Below are positions 37,728 through 47,528 of a stretch of DNA of 64,000 nucleotides, one piece after another (position 1 is the first letter of the stretch; every line of letters starts with the position of its first letter). Source of the stretch: Actinomycetota bacterium (lineage in GTDB: Bacteria; Actinomycetota; Acidimicrobiia; Acidimicrobiales; JAFATL01). Under the pieces are notes generated by a model. The model did not search any database, was not told where the DNA came from, and saw only the letters and a program-made list of their open reading frames with translations. The stretch is taken from assembly GCA_041166085.1 (NCBI GenBank), contig JBEEFP010000050.1, forward strand, positions 15,114 through 79,113, given 5' to 3'. The position numbers and the translations under genes are program-made.

Positions 37728-38842
37728 CCCACCCGCCCGAACCTCCGGCCGTCCTCTTCGTCTGTCTCACGGGTGGGCTCGGGGGCTCCACGCGCAGCGT
37801 GGCAACCGTACTCAGCCACATCGAGGGTCGGGCCACTCGTGTCGTCGCCGGACCCCCTCGCGGCCGCTTCACACGACTCGTCGCCGAGCGAGGTCTCAGC
37901 GACGAACGCGTCGACCTGCCCCAGAAGGGCGACCACCGGCTGCGCGCCATCGCGCGGGTGCGGGCGGCCGCCCGACTGGCGCGCTGGGCGCGCGCCAACC
38001 GAAGCCGGTTGGCAGCCATCCACGCGAACGGGCCCGAGGAGATCAACGTGGCGGCGCCGGCCGCGCTGTGCGCGGGCGTGCCGCTCGTGGTGTGGACCCA
38101 CGCCTGGACGGTCCCCCCGTCGGCGAGACATTTCGGCCGCGTGTGGCGTCGGCTCCTCGCGCGCCATCCAGTCAGGTACGCGGCGGTGTCGGCGCTGGCC
38201 GCGCGGATGTTCGCCGACGCCGGGTACACGGACGTCGGGAACGTCGAGCTCATCCCCAACCCGATCGATCCCGCCGATGTCCTCGTGGAACCAGCCGCTC
38301 GTCACGACGACATCGTCCGGGTCGGGTTCCTCGGCGCGGCCGACCAACGCAAGGGCGTCGACCTCCTGCCCGGTGTCATTGCTGCCCTCGCCGACCTTTC
38401 CGTGCGGTGGATCCTGTTCACGCCGCGGACGGCGGAGCTGGCGCCCGTGGAGCGACTCATCCGCGAGCGGCCCGAGATGGCGATCGAGTGGCCCGGGCTC
38501 GTCGCCGACGTACGCGTGGCCTACGCCCAGCTCGACGTGGTGTTCTGTCCATCCCGGATGGAGTCGTTCTGCCGCGTCGTCGCCGAGGCCATGTTGAACG
38601 GCATCGCCGTGGTCGCCAGTGATCTCGAGCCCATACGCGGTCTGGTCGGGGAGGACGAGGCTGGACTGCTGTTTCCTCCTGGGGACCCGGAGGCCGCGGT
38701 CGTCGCCCTCCGTCTCGTTGTCGCTGACGCCAAGGTGCGGGCCGCACTCGGAGACAGCGGGCGGTCCCGGGCCGCGATGTTCGAGCCCGCCGCCGTCGTC
38801 GACCAACTGGCCCGTCTCTACGGGCTGAGGGTCAGTCCGTGA
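37706..38842 (+). CDS. Glycosyltransferase family 4
   Basis: The motifs VLFVCLTGGLGGSTRSV and PSRMESFCRVVAEAMLNGIAVVASDLEPIRG are present. The proposed GTG start at 37706 overlaps the wzt end by 22 nt. Confidence 0.7.
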   Translation: MGRRGAVTHPPEPPAVLFVCLTGGLGGSTRSVATVLSHIEGRATRVVAGPPRGRFTRLVAERGLSDERVDLPQKGDHRLRAIARVRAAARLARWARANRSRLAAIHANGPEEINVAAPAALCAGVPLVVWTHAWTVPPSARHFGRVWRRLLARHPVRYAAVSALAARMFADAGYTDVGNVELIPNPIDPADVLVEPAARHDDIVRVGFLGAADQRKGVDLLPGVIAALADLSVRWILFTPRTAELAPVERLIRERPEMAIEWPGLVADVRVAYAQLDVVFCPSRMESFCRVVAEAMLNGIAVVASDLEPIRGLVGEDEAGLLFPPGDPEAAVVALRLVVADAKVRAALGDSGRSRAAMFEPAAVVDQLARLYGLRVSP

Positions 38843-39668
38843 ACGAGTAATCACGCAGCAGCGGCCGGTCCGCCATCTCTGCGCTGGTGGATTCGACGAG
38901 GTCATGGGTCCACGGTGCGCGTTCGCGAGTGCGGCGAGGCGCCGCGAACAGGATCCCCGCACACGCCGTCGCCCATGCTTCGTCCGCCTCGATCTGCATG
39001 AACCCAGCCAACGTCGCCAGCGTCGCAGCTGGGTCGGCGATCAGGTCCTCGTGGCGGAGGTCGAGCAACTCACTGGGCTCGAGCCTGGTGCGAAGGCCTT
39101 CGACGCCGTCGGCCAGCGAGAAGTAGGCCCTCGCCGCGCCCTCCAGGTCGGTGTGGCCCCGTTCGGCCATCGTGCTGATGTTGTCGAAGGGATTGCGCAC
39201 GACGTGCACGACGCGGAGCGGCACCTTCACGGTGGCGCGGACCTTGTCGAGCACATTCGCGTGGGCAGTCAGGATCCGCGTCGACTGTGCCCCCTTCTTG
39301 TCACCGATGACCCGCAGCCGGCGGAATCGTCCCTGCCATTGGTCGGGGACCGCATAGTCGTACCGCGTCTGCCTCCCGGCTGCGGTGAAGCTGCGGTCGC
39401 GCCTGAGGATGAGGGAGTAGATCTGATCGCGGCGAAAGCCGACACGAAAGAGGCGGAGTGCGCCCAGCTCGTGGGCGATGACAGCCTCGGGGTGAGCGTC
39501 GAGGAGGGACCCGACCAGGCTGTGACCCGATCGCGGATAACCCACGAACATCGCGTAGTTCGCCACATCCGTGAAGTTGGCCCGGTCGCGTCGCGCCGTG
39601 AAGAGCGACGTCACGAACGCGGTGGGCACGTCGCGGTTGAAGTGGGCAACGCGCCACGGCGCCGTCAT
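38832..39668 (-). CDS. Sulfotransferase-like protein (family B paralog 1)
   Basis: MFVGYPRSGHSLVGSLLDAHPEAVIAHEL is a P-loop-like 5'-PSB, RVIGDKKG is present, and VVRNPFDNISTM is 3'-PB-like. It shows high similarity by eye to the 48549 and 50444 ORFs. There is a 4-nt overlap with the upstream GT2. Confidence 0.7.
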   Translation of the reverse strand: MTAPWRVAHFNRDVPTAFVTSLFTARRDRANFTDVANYAMFVGYPRSGHSLVGSLLDAHPEAVIAHELGALRLFRVGFRRDQIYSLILRRDRSFTAAGRQTRYDYAVPDQWQGRFRRLRVIGDKKGAQSTRILTAHANVLDKVRATVKVPLRVVHVVRNPFDNISTMAERGHTDLEGAARAYFSLADGVEGLRTRLEPSELLDLRHEDLIADPAATLATLAGFMQIEADEAWATACAGILFAAPRRTRERAPWTHDLVESTSAEMADRPLLRDYSFTD

Positions 39669-40594
39669 GTCTGCGTCTTCCGGCCTTCGGCGCGCCGGAA
39701 CTCATCCACCCGCCACACCCGCCCTCCGAGCGCAGGGCCGGCGGCGAGGATCATGCGGCCGAGGTGCTTCGGGTTGCCGGGATTGGCGCGTGCCGCCGCC
39801 CACAGCATGCGGCGGGCCTCGCGCCAGTCGCCTCGCCGCGCCGCGCTGACGCCGGCGATCGCCAGGTAGTCCCCCAACATCCTGGGACTCCGCCGCAGTC
39901 GGTCTCCGTGGTGCTCGAGGATGTACCGCGCGCCCTCGTAGAGCGCCGAGGGGTGGTTCCGCGCCCGGTCGCTGGCACGACGGTCGTGCACGAGCACGAG
40001 TGGCTGGTCGACGGCGCGGATGGTCCAACCCCGCGCTTCGCAGAGACCAACGAGCCGGAGGGCCAGTTCGGTGTGCGGGCTGGCCGGGAGACCGTCGACG
40101 AATCCGCCCACACCGTCGAAGGCCTCGCGGCGCAGGATGTAGGTCCCGGTGTCGAACAGACCCCGCAGGTGATCGAAGGGCGCGCCCATGTCCTGAGGCG
40201 GGACGGTCCGCGCGATCGCACCGTCCTCGTCGACGTGAGCCGCCGCGCAACACGCGACCGCGCAGTTGGGGTCGCCGAGCTGGCCGAGGAGGGTCGCGGC
40301 CCAACGGGGAACCACTTCGTCGTCGTCGTCGAGGAACGCAAGGACCGGTGCCGTGGCGACCCGCGCCCCTGCGTTGCGGGCCGCGCACCCCCCCGCGTTG
40401 TCCTGCGCCACGTACCGCACTCGGGGATCTCCGATGGCTGCGACCACCTCCGCGGTGTCGTCCACCGAACCGTCGTCGGCCACCACGACCTCGACTGCGG
40501 CCCCTTGTTGCGCGAGGACACTCCGGACCGTTGCTTCGAGAGCCCGGGCGCGGTTGTACGTCGGCACGACGACAGAGAGAGCGGGGAGGGTCAT
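39665..40594 (-). CDS. Glycosyltransferase family 2
   Basis: The motifs MTLPALSVVVPTYNRARALEATVRSVLAQ, VVVADDGSVDDT and FLDDDDEV (DxD) are present. Confidence 0.8.
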   Translation of the reverse strand: MTLPALSVVVPTYNRARALEATVRSVLAQQGAAVEVVVADDGSVDDTAEVVAAIGDPRVRYVAQDNAGGCAARNAGARVATAPVLAFLDDDDEVVPRWAATLLGQLGDPNCAVACCAAAHVDEDGAIARTVPPQDMGAPFDHLRGLFDTGTYILRREAFDGVGGFVDGLPASPHTELALRLVGLCEARGWTIRAVDQPLVLVHDRRASDRARNHPSALYEGARYILEHHGDRLRRSPRMLGDYLAIAGVSAARRGDWREARRMLWAAARANPGNPKHLGRMILAAGPALGGRVWRVDEFRRAEGRKTQT

Positions 40595-40620
40595 CAGGCG
40601 ATCGCTTAGGGTTGTCCGAG

Positions 40621-41514
40621 ATGTCGGTCGAGCGGGCCTCGGGCCCCGACCCCATGATCAGCGTCGTGATGCCGGCCCGCAACTCGGCCCATGTGATCGC
40701 CGGTCAGTTGGCCGCGCTCGATGCGCAACTGTACGACGGGCCTTGGGAGATCATCGTCGCCGACAACGGTTCGACGGACGGAACGGCCGGCGTCGCTCGC
40801 CGGTGGGCGGACCGTCTCCCCGCGTTGCAGGTCGTCGATGCAGGCGAACGCATCGGCATCAATGCCGCAAGGAACGCAGGCGCACGCCGGGCCGCCGGTC
40901 GCTTCCTGCTCTTCTGCGACGCCGATGACGAGGCCGATCCCGGATGGCTGGCGGCGATGGCCGACGCAGCGCGCACGTGCTCGGCGGTCGGTGGGACGCT
41001 CGAGAAGCAGACGCTCAACGACCCCACGGTGGTCGAATGGCGGCCGCCGCTCGTCATGACGGAGCTCCCGGTCATGGCCGGTTTCCTGCCGCGCCCGGTG
41101 GGGGCGAACTGCGGGGTTCGGGCGGAGTTGTGGCGCCAGCTCGGGGGCTTCAACGAGGAGTACACCGTCGGAGCCACCGAGACCGAGTTCTTCTGGCGTC
41201 TGCAACTGGCAGGCCACGACGTCTGCTTCGTACCCGACGCCGTCATGCACTACCGGTTCCGGCCCGGGCTGCCGGCGCACGCCCGCCAGTTCTTCCGCTT
41301 CGGTGTCGCGCGAGCCCGGCTCTACCGCGACTTCCGCACGGCGGGCATGCCCCCGCGCATGTTTCGGGCACTCCTGCGCGACGTCGGATGGCTGTGCGGC
41401 CATCTGCCCGACCTCTTCCGGGGGCGCGGGCCGCGCGGTCGGTGGATCGGGCACGCGGCAGCCGAGTGGGGCCGAGTGGTGGGCAGCATCCGCTACCGGC
41501 TTGTGTATCTGTGA
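40621..41514 (+). CDS. Glycosyltransferase family 2
   Basis: The motifs MISVVMPARNSAHVIAGQLAALDAQ, IIVADNGSTDGT and FCDADDE are present. The start is either ATG 40621 or ATG 40654. The ORF-track start at 40000 is a spurious extension. Confidence 0.75.
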   Translation: MSVERASGPDPMISVVMPARNSAHVIAGQLAALDAQLYDGPWEIIVADNGSTDGTAGVARRWADRLPALQVVDAGERIGINAARNAGARRAAGRFLLFCDADDEADPGWLAAMADAARTCSAVGGTLEKQTLNDPTVVEWRPPLVMTELPVMAGFLPRPVGANCGVRAELWRQLGGFNEEYTVGATETEFFWRLQLAGHDVCFVPDAVMHYRFRPGLPAHARQFFRFGVARARLYRDFRTAGMPPRMFRALLRDVGWLCGHLPDLFRGRGPRGRWIGHAAAEWGRVVGSIRYRLVYL

Positions 41515-42380
41515 CCTCGGTCCAGGGCACCGGCCGCCTTCCGGACTTCGTGGTGATCGGCGCCGCCAAGTCGGGCACGACCACGCTGTACCGATGGCTG
41601 GCCGAGCAGCCCGACGTCTTCGACGCGCCGCTCAAGGAGCCACGGTTCTTCTCGCGGGACTGGGACAGGGGCATCGACTGGTACGCCGGTCTCTACGCGA
41701 CCGCGAGCCCAGACGAGCTGGTGGGCGATGCGTCGACCAACTACACGGATCCGGCGTTCAGTGACGTCGCGGCGGCGCGCATGCGTGATGCGCTGCCGAA
41801 TGCCCGCCTCGTCTACCTCCTCCGCCACCCGGTCGAACGACTGCAGTCGCAGTACCGGCACGACCGGCGCAGGGCCGTGGTGAAGACGTCGCTCGCACAG
41901 GCCGTGCGTGAGCCGGGCAATCCCTACGTCGGACGCAGCCTCTACTGGTCCAACCTCCGCCCTTACGCGGATCGGTTCGATCGTGACCAGATCCGCGTGG
42001 CCCGCTTCGAGGACCTGGTGGGCAACGGGGCGCCCGCGTGGCACACCATCCTGAGGCACCTCGGTCTCACCGACCGACCGCCGCCGAGCGAGGCATACAA
42101 CGTGACGTCCGAGAAGCGGCGAGTCAGCCGTCCCCTGGCGATGTTGCGGGACCGCGGGCTCCTCGAACGCGTCCCGACACTGCCGGTACCGGTGGCCCGT
42201 CGCCTCAAGCGGGCGCTTCGGCCTCGGCAGAAGGGCGACGGGGGGGCGGAAGGGCTCGAGGCGATCCCGCAGGACGTGATCGAGTTGATCCGCGCAGACA
42301 GTGCGGAGCTCGAGGCCTGGCTCGGTCTGGACCGTCCGCTGTGGGACGCCGGGGGGGGCGCGGACCCAAGCGACCGGTAG
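41511..42380 (+). CDS. Sulfotransferase (family A)
   Basis: The motifs LPDFVVIGAAKSGTTTLYRWLAEQPDV and LLRHPVERLQSQY are present. The GTG at 41511 forms a GTGA overlap with the GT2 stop. Confidence 0.8.
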   Translation: MTSVQGTGRLPDFVVIGAAKSGTTTLYRWLAEQPDVFDAPLKEPRFFSRDWDRGIDWYAGLYATASPDELVGDASTNYTDPAFSDVAAARMRDALPNARLVYLLRHPVERLQSQYRHDRRRAVVKTSLAQAVREPGNPYVGRSLYWSNLRPYADRFDRDQIRVARFEDLVGNGAPAWHTILRHLGLTDRPPPSEAYNVTSEKRRVSRPLAMLRDRGLLERVPTLPVPVARRLKRALRPRQKGDGGAEGLEAIPQDVIELIRADSAELEAWLGLDRPLWDAGGGADPSDR

Positions 42381-42393
42381 CGTCGTCGCGACG

Positions 42394-44241
42394 ATGTGCG
42401 GGATCTGTGGCAGCCACGGCGCTCACGACGCGCTCGACCTGCAGGTCGCGACGCTGCGGCATCGCGGTCCGGATGCCGCAGGTGGCTTCGTGGAGGGATC
42501 GGGTGCGATCGGCCAGGCCCGGCTCGCGGTGATCGACCTCCTCACCGGCGATCCCCCCATCGCCAACGGCGACCGCTCGGTGGGTGCCACCCTGAACGGC
42601 GAGATCTACAACTTCCAGTCATTGCGCGCTGAGCTGGCTGCAGGCGGACACGACCTCAAGACGCAGGGCGACACCGAGGTTCTCGTGCACCTGGCAGAGG
42701 ACCTCGAGCCCGTCGAGATGGCCCGTCGACTGGATGGCATGTTCGCCTTCGCCGTGCTCGACGGGCGGCGCGACCGGCTCGTGCTCGGTCGCGACCCCGT
42801 GGGCAAGAAGCCGCTCTACTACTTCTATGACGGTCGGGTCTTCGTCTTCGGCAGCGAGATCAAGGCGGTCATCGGCCACCCGCAGGTGCCACGGCGACTC
42901 AACGAGCGCGCCCTGCCCGCATATCTCACCTTCGGTTACGTCCCCACGCCCGAGACGTTCTATGACGGCGTGCGCAGCGTGCCGCCCGGCCACGTCCTCT
43001 GGATCGAGCGGGGCGCGGCGCCGGTCATCGAGCCGTTCTGGGAACCGCAGGTCCCAGGCATGGGAGACACGACCCGCCTCGACCTGTCGCTCGACGCGGC
43101 GGCTGCCGGCATCCGCGAGCGGCTGGCCCGCGCCGTCGAGAAGCGGTTGGTGGCCGACGTCCCCCTCGGCGCCTTCTTGAGTGGAGGCATCGATTCGTCA
43201 ACCGTGGTCGCGCTCATGGCCCAGATGATGGACGAGCCCGTGCGCACCTTCACCATCGGCTTCGACCAGCCCGGCGCAGACGAGCGCGACTACGCGCGAC
43301 TGGTTGCGAAGCGCTACAAGACCGATCACACCGAGTTCGTCGTCCAACCCCACGGCACCGGTGAGCTCATAGAGCAGCTGGTGTGGCACTACGACCAGCC
43401 CTTCGGCGATTCGAGCGCCCTGCCGACCTTCATCCTGTCCGAGCTCACTCGCGCCGAGGTCACGGTCGCGCTCTGCGGCGACGGCGGCGATGAGCTGTTC
43501 GCCGGGTACAAGCGCTTCGTCACCGGGCAGCGCCGCTCATTGGCGGCCCGCACCCCGAGGCCGCTGCGGCAGGCGACGCGGCGTGCCCTCGCGGCGATGC
43601 CGACCGGACGGACACGGGCGGCAGCCGGCCGCCTCGCCAACGTGGAGCTCAGCGGTACAGAGGCCCAGCTCTCATGGGTCGCGCGCATCCCTGGGCCGTG
43701 GCGGGATCGCCTCCTGCCTGATGCCGACCGCTGGGCGATCGACGACTACGAGCGCCTCTGGGCCGAGAGCGATGGCGGCAGCTACCTGGACCGCATGCTG
43801 CTCCTGAACCTGCAGACGTATCTGCTGGACGATCTCCTCCCCAAGATCGACCGCATGAGCATGGCCCACGCCCTCGAGCTGCGGTCACCGTTCCTCGACC
43901 GCGAGCTCGTGGAGTTCGCGTTGCGCCTCCCCGACCGGACGCGGGTGAGTGGCGCCACGACCAAGCGCGCCCTGCGGGCGGCGATGGCGGCAGACCTGCC
44001 CGCGGAGATCATGAGCCGAGGCAAGCGCGGCTTCCAGCTCCCGCTCAACGACTGGTTCCGGAACGAGCTGGCCGACTACGCCCGTTCCATGCTCTGCGAC
44101 CCGCGGGCACGGGTACGACAGGTGCTCGCCCCGGAGGCCCTCGACGACCTGGTGGCGGGCCATCTCGGCGGCGGATCGTACGGGCGACCGCTCTGGACCC
44201 TCATCACGCTCGAGGTGTTCCTGCGTACCCAAGACCTGTAG
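42394..44241 (+). CDS. Asparagine synthetase B-type glutamine amidotransferase
   Basis: MCGICG is the Ntn Cys2. The motifs GPDAAG and GEIYNF, and the PP-loop FLSGGIDSS, are present. It is 615 aa from the ATG at 42394. Confidence 0.88.
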   Translation: MCGICGSHGAHDALDLQVATLRHRGPDAAGGFVEGSGAIGQARLAVIDLLTGDPPIANGDRSVGATLNGEIYNFQSLRAELAAGGHDLKTQGDTEVLVHLAEDLEPVEMARRLDGMFAFAVLDGRRDRLVLGRDPVGKKPLYYFYDGRVFVFGSEIKAVIGHPQVPRRLNERALPAYLTFGYVPTPETFYDGVRSVPPGHVLWIERGAAPVIEPFWEPQVPGMGDTTRLDLSLDAAAAGIRERLARAVEKRLVADVPLGAFLSGGIDSSTVVALMAQMMDEPVRTFTIGFDQPGADERDYARLVAKRYKTDHTEFVVQPHGTGELIEQLVWHYDQPFGDSSALPTFILSELTRAEVTVALCGDGGDELFAGYKRFVTGQRRSLAARTPRPLRQATRRALAAMPTGRTRAAAGRLANVELSGTEAQLSWVARIPGPWRDRLLPDADRWAIDDYERLWAESDGGSYLDRMLLLNLQTYLLDDLLPKIDRMSMAHALELRSPFLDRELVEFALRLPDRTRVSGATTKRALRAAMAADLPAEIMSRGKRGFQLPLNDWFRNELADYARSMLCDPRARVRQVLAPEALDDLVAGHLGGGSYGRPLWTLITLEVFLRTQDL

Positions 44242-44263
44242 GCCGCTCACGTATCGTGCAGCA

Positions 44264-45151
44264 GTGAGCGCGGTCCAGCACCTGAAGCGCTGGGTGCCCC
44301 GTCGGCAGCGCCGTCGGTTCGCGAGGGCGCGTGTGGGCGCGCGTACGCACATCCCGCTCACTCGGGTACTGCCCGACGCGCTGGTCATCGGCGCTCAGCG
44401 ATCGGGGACAAGCTCGCTGTACAAGTACCTCGAGGCCCATCCGCAGCTGATGCCGTCGATCCGCAAGGAGACCGAGTACTTCACGTTCTGGTTCGACAAG
44501 GGCGACCGCTGGTACCGCTCCCACTTCCCGACGCAGGCCCGCATGGCCGCGGCCCGCCGCGGGGGCAGGCCGGCCCAGGCCTTCGAGGCCACGCCCTACT
44601 ACCTGTTCCACCCGCATGCCCCCGAACGTGCGGCTGCCGTCGTCCCTCACGCCCGTCTGGTGGCGGTGCTGCGCAACCCGGTGGAGCGGGCCTACTCGCA
44701 CTGGCAGCACGAGGTGCGGGGCGGTCGAGAGTCCCTGTCGTTCGAGGAGGCGATCGACGCCGAGCCGGAGCGAGTGGACACCGAGGAGCGCCGGTTGCAG
44801 AACGATCCGTCGTACCGCAGCAACCGCCACCACCGCTTCTCCTATGTCGGCCGGGGCCGCTACGCAATGCAACTCGAGCGCTGGCTGGCCCACTACCCCC
44901 GTGAGCAACTGCTCGTGGTTCGCAGCGAGGACCTGTACGCGGATCCAGCGTCGACGTTCCTGCGCATCGTCGAGCACATGGGCGTGGACCAGTGGGAGCC
45001 GGCGGAGTTCCGCAATCACAGTTACGAAGGGCTCAGGCCAGAGGCCGGGCCGCCCATGGCCCCTGCGACGCGCACCCGACTCGAGGCCACCTTCGAGGCC
45101 GACAACGAACGACTGGCCCGGCTGCTGGAACGCCCGGCCATGTGGAGCTGA
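44264..45151 (+). CDS. Sulfotransferase (family A)
   Basis: The motifs LPDALVIGAQRSGTSSLYKYLEAHPQL and VLRNPVERAYSHW are present. Confidence 0.78.
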   Translation: MSAVQHLKRWVPRRQRRRFARARVGARTHIPLTRVLPDALVIGAQRSGTSSLYKYLEAHPQLMPSIRKETEYFTFWFDKGDRWYRSHFPTQARMAAARRGGRPAQAFEATPYYLFHPHAPERAAAVVPHARLVAVLRNPVERAYSHWQHEVRGGRESLSFEEAIDAEPERVDTEERRLQNDPSYRSNRHHRFSYVGRGRYAMQLERWLAHYPREQLLVVRSEDLYADPASTFLRIVEHMGVDQWEPAEFRNHSYEGLRPEAGPPMAPATRTRLEATFEADNERLARLLERPAMWS

Positions 45152-45155
45152 TCGC

Positions 45156-46040
45156 GTGCTCCCGAACTCCGTGATCATCGGGGCACAGAAGGCTGGTACC
45201 ACCGCGCTCAAGCTCGCTCTCAAAGCCCACCCCGACGTGGACGCACCGCGAGGTGAGTGCCCGTTCTTCGAGGACCCGTACTACGACAGCGACGACCTCG
45301 GGCCGCTCGAAGCGCTGTTCGCAGGGTCGACCGCGTCGGTGCGCGTCATCAAGCGGCCGGACTACCTGGCCCACCCCGAGTGCGCCGAGCGCATCCACCG
45401 CCACCTCCTCGACGTCAGTCTCGTCGCGGTGCTTCGCCACCCCGTCGAGCGGGCCGTGTCCGCGTACTTCCATTTCGTCGCCCGGGGCATGCTGCCCCTG
45501 CGCGGCCTCGACAACGGGATGCGCCGCCTCCTCCAAGGCGACGAACGGCCCGCGGCCCAGGACGTCCTGAACTACGGCTACTACCACCGTCAGCTCACCG
45601 CCTACACCAACGTGTTCCCGCGTGAGCGTTTGCACGTCATCCGCTACGAGGAGTTGCGCTTCAGCTTCGGCGCCGCCCTCCATGACGTGCAGGTGTTCCT
45701 CGGTCTCGACCCGGAGCGGATGGGGTCGCTACCGCCGTTGTCGGCCAACGAGAGCATGTACGCCCTGCCCCGCCTCTCGGTCCATCGTCTGCGCACGCGC
45801 ATCCGCTCCGACCGCGATACCGCGCGCGGGCACACGCATCCCCGCACCGCGATGCGCGCACCCGCACGATGGGCCAGCGCCGCCCTCCACGGGGTGGACC
45901 GCCGCGCGCTGGCGCGACTCGACAGCAGCAAGCCGATCCTTGCTCCCGACCTGCGGGCCGAGCTGCTCGAGCGGTACCGCGACGACACCGATCAGCTCGA
46001 GGTGTGGCTGGGCGTCGACCTCTCGGATTGGAAGCGCTGA
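45156..46040 (+). CDS. Sulfotransferase (family A)
   Basis: The motifs LPNSVIIGAQKAGTTALKLALKAHPDV and VLRHPVERAVSAYFH are present. The GTG at 45156 lies 4 nt after the previous stop. The ORF-track start at 44616 is a spurious extension. Confidence 0.75.
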   Translation: MLPNSVIIGAQKAGTTALKLALKAHPDVDAPRGECPFFEDPYYDSDDLGPLEALFAGSTASVRVIKRPDYLAHPECAERIHRHLLDVSLVAVLRHPVERAVSAYFHFVARGMLPLRGLDNGMRRLLQGDERPAAQDVLNYGYYHRQLTAYTNVFPRERLHVIRYEELRFSFGAALHDVQVFLGLDPERMGSLPPLSANESMYALPRLSVHRLRTRIRSDRDTARGHTHPRTAMRAPARWASAALHGVDRRALARLDSSKPILAPDLRAELLERYRDDTDQLEVWLGVDLSDWKR

Positions 46041-46047
46041 GACCGAA

Positions 46048-47520
46048 CTACGCCAGGTCGATGACGACGAGGACGATGGTGCCGAACGGCTCCTGGCTGT
46101 CGGGCGGACCCGCGTTGAACCCCACGTAGGCCCGCTTGCCCGAGGGGTCGAGGGCCACGTCATAGGAACCCCCGAGCCGCAGCTGGAGCTGCTTCTCGGC
46201 CAGGTCGTTGACACGCACGACGACCGTCTGGTCGCCGGTCTTGGTGTCGACGCGGATCAGCGGACTGCCCTGCTCCCAGCTCCTCCCGTGGGCGTCGGGA
46301 ACGTAGTAGAAAGCGTCGCCCTTCGGGTCGAGGGCCATGGAGGCGGTGTACCCCTTGGCGTCGCCGAGCACGTCGATGCTGCCGTCGGGATGCAGCGCGA
46401 AGAACTTGTCTGGCAGCCGGGTGACGCCATAGATCGTGCCGTCGGGTCCGGGACGCGTCGATGCCCGCATGTACGCACCGGGAAGCTTCGCCGGTAGGAC
46501 GTCGAGCTTCTTCGTCGCCGGGTCATAGCGCTTGAGTTGGCTGTCGCCACCCGAGTAATAGGCGACGCCCTTGGGTCCAACGGCCACGTTCCGGTAGCCG
46601 GCCTGCGTGCCGTCGTCCTGGAAGACGACCTTGCCGGTCTTGATGTCGTAGACGAAGAAGACGCCGGGCTTCACCTTCGCTTCGCTGTTGCCCTCCTCGT
46701 CGCTGCCCGTGCTGTCGGCAGCTCCGCCCGCCTTCTTGCCCGACCCCTTCTGCTTGACCGAGGTGGCCGTGCTGGACGAATCGGCCGCCGCCGCGGCCAG
46801 CGGATCAGGGGCCTCCCCGTAGAGCAGCCCGCCGGCCGTCCACGTCGTCATCGAGGGAATGCCGTGCTTGGGCACGGGTACGTCGAGCTTGGTGATCGCA
46901 CCGGAGCCGGGGTCGACCCGGAGAAGGAGGTCGCCGTCATAGCCGTTGCCATAGGCGATGTCCTTCGACGCGCCCCAGTAGGTCGCCGCGTAGAGCTTCC
47001 CGTCAGGGCCGAGGCCCATCTGTGCGTGGATCTTGCCGTAGCCCCAGGCCCCGTCGTTGTGCCCCACCGACGAGTCGACGTCGCTCAGCATCCGGAGGCG
47101 GCCGCTGTCGGGTGAGAACTCGTAGAAGTAGGCATTCCCGTTGACGCCGCAGTGGTCGCCCACCGCCGAGAAGAACCGACCGTCTGCCAGCGCCACGCCC
47201 TGGCCCCACTGGCTCCAGAGCTTGGCCTGGTAGTCGGGGTGCGGATACGTCACGGCCTGCACGTGTGGCCCGGCGCCACCAGCCGCCTGCAGATCCTTGG
47301 CGGTCGCCGACATGTCGCTGGCCTTCTGCGGCGTGGCGCAGCCCTTGCCGCCGCCGGCGTCACCCGAGGCGGCATCACCCGGGCGGGTCTTCGCGGTTGC
47401 TTTCGCCGTTGTCGAGGTCGTCGACGTGGCCGCCTTGCTGCCGCCGTTGCAGGCGGCAGCCACGAGGGCGATGACAAATGCGATGCAGAACAAGCGAACG
47501 GACCGACGATGGGGGGACAA
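46048..47520 (-). CDS. Predicted lipoprotein with beta-propeller-like repeats (unknown function)
   Basis: The signal peptide and lipobox are MSPHRRSVRLFCIAFVIALVAAAC. Recurrent G-x-hydrophobic-Y/DG strand motifs are present, along with an internal Ser/Lys/Gly-rich insertion. The TTG start is preceded by GGAGG. Confidence 0.6.
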   Translation of the reverse strand: MSPHRRSVRLFCIAFVIALVAAACNGGSKAATSTTSTTAKATAKTRPGDAASGDAGGGKGCATPQKASDMSATAKDLQAAGGAGPHVQAVTYPHPDYQAKLWSQWGQGVALADGRFFSAVGDHCGVNGNAYFYEFSPDSGRLRMLSDVDSSVGHNDGAWGYGKIHAQMGLGPDGKLYAATYWGASKDIAYGNGYDGDLLLRVDPGSGAITKLDVPVPKHGIPSMTTWTAGGLLYGEAPDPLAAAAADSSSTATSVKQKGSGKKAGGAADSTGSDEEGNSEAKVKPGVFFVYDIKTGKVVFQDDGTQAGYRNVAVGPKGVAYYSGGDSQLKRYDPATKKLDVLPAKLPGAYMRASTRPGPDGTIYGVTRLPDKFFALHPDGSIDVLGDAKGYTASMALDPKGDAFYYVPDAHGRSWEQGSPLIRVDTKTGDQTVVVRVNDLAEKQLQLRLGGSYDVALDPSGKRAYVGFNAGPPDSQEPFGTIVLVVIDLA

Positions 47521-47528
47521 GCGTGACC

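Noticed and set aside
40000-41514. ORF-track starts far upstream of the recognisable domain (also 40944..42380, 44616..46040, 48744..50474, 52377..53792, 14049..16193, 54849..56831, 31653..32912, 22619..23986).
   Set aside because: The 5' extensions overlap the preceding gene and are low-complexity. In-frame ATG or GTG codons sit right at the previous stop, often as GTGA/ATGA overlaps or with a GGAGG upstream, and these give N-termini typical of the family. The shorter coordinates were reported instead.
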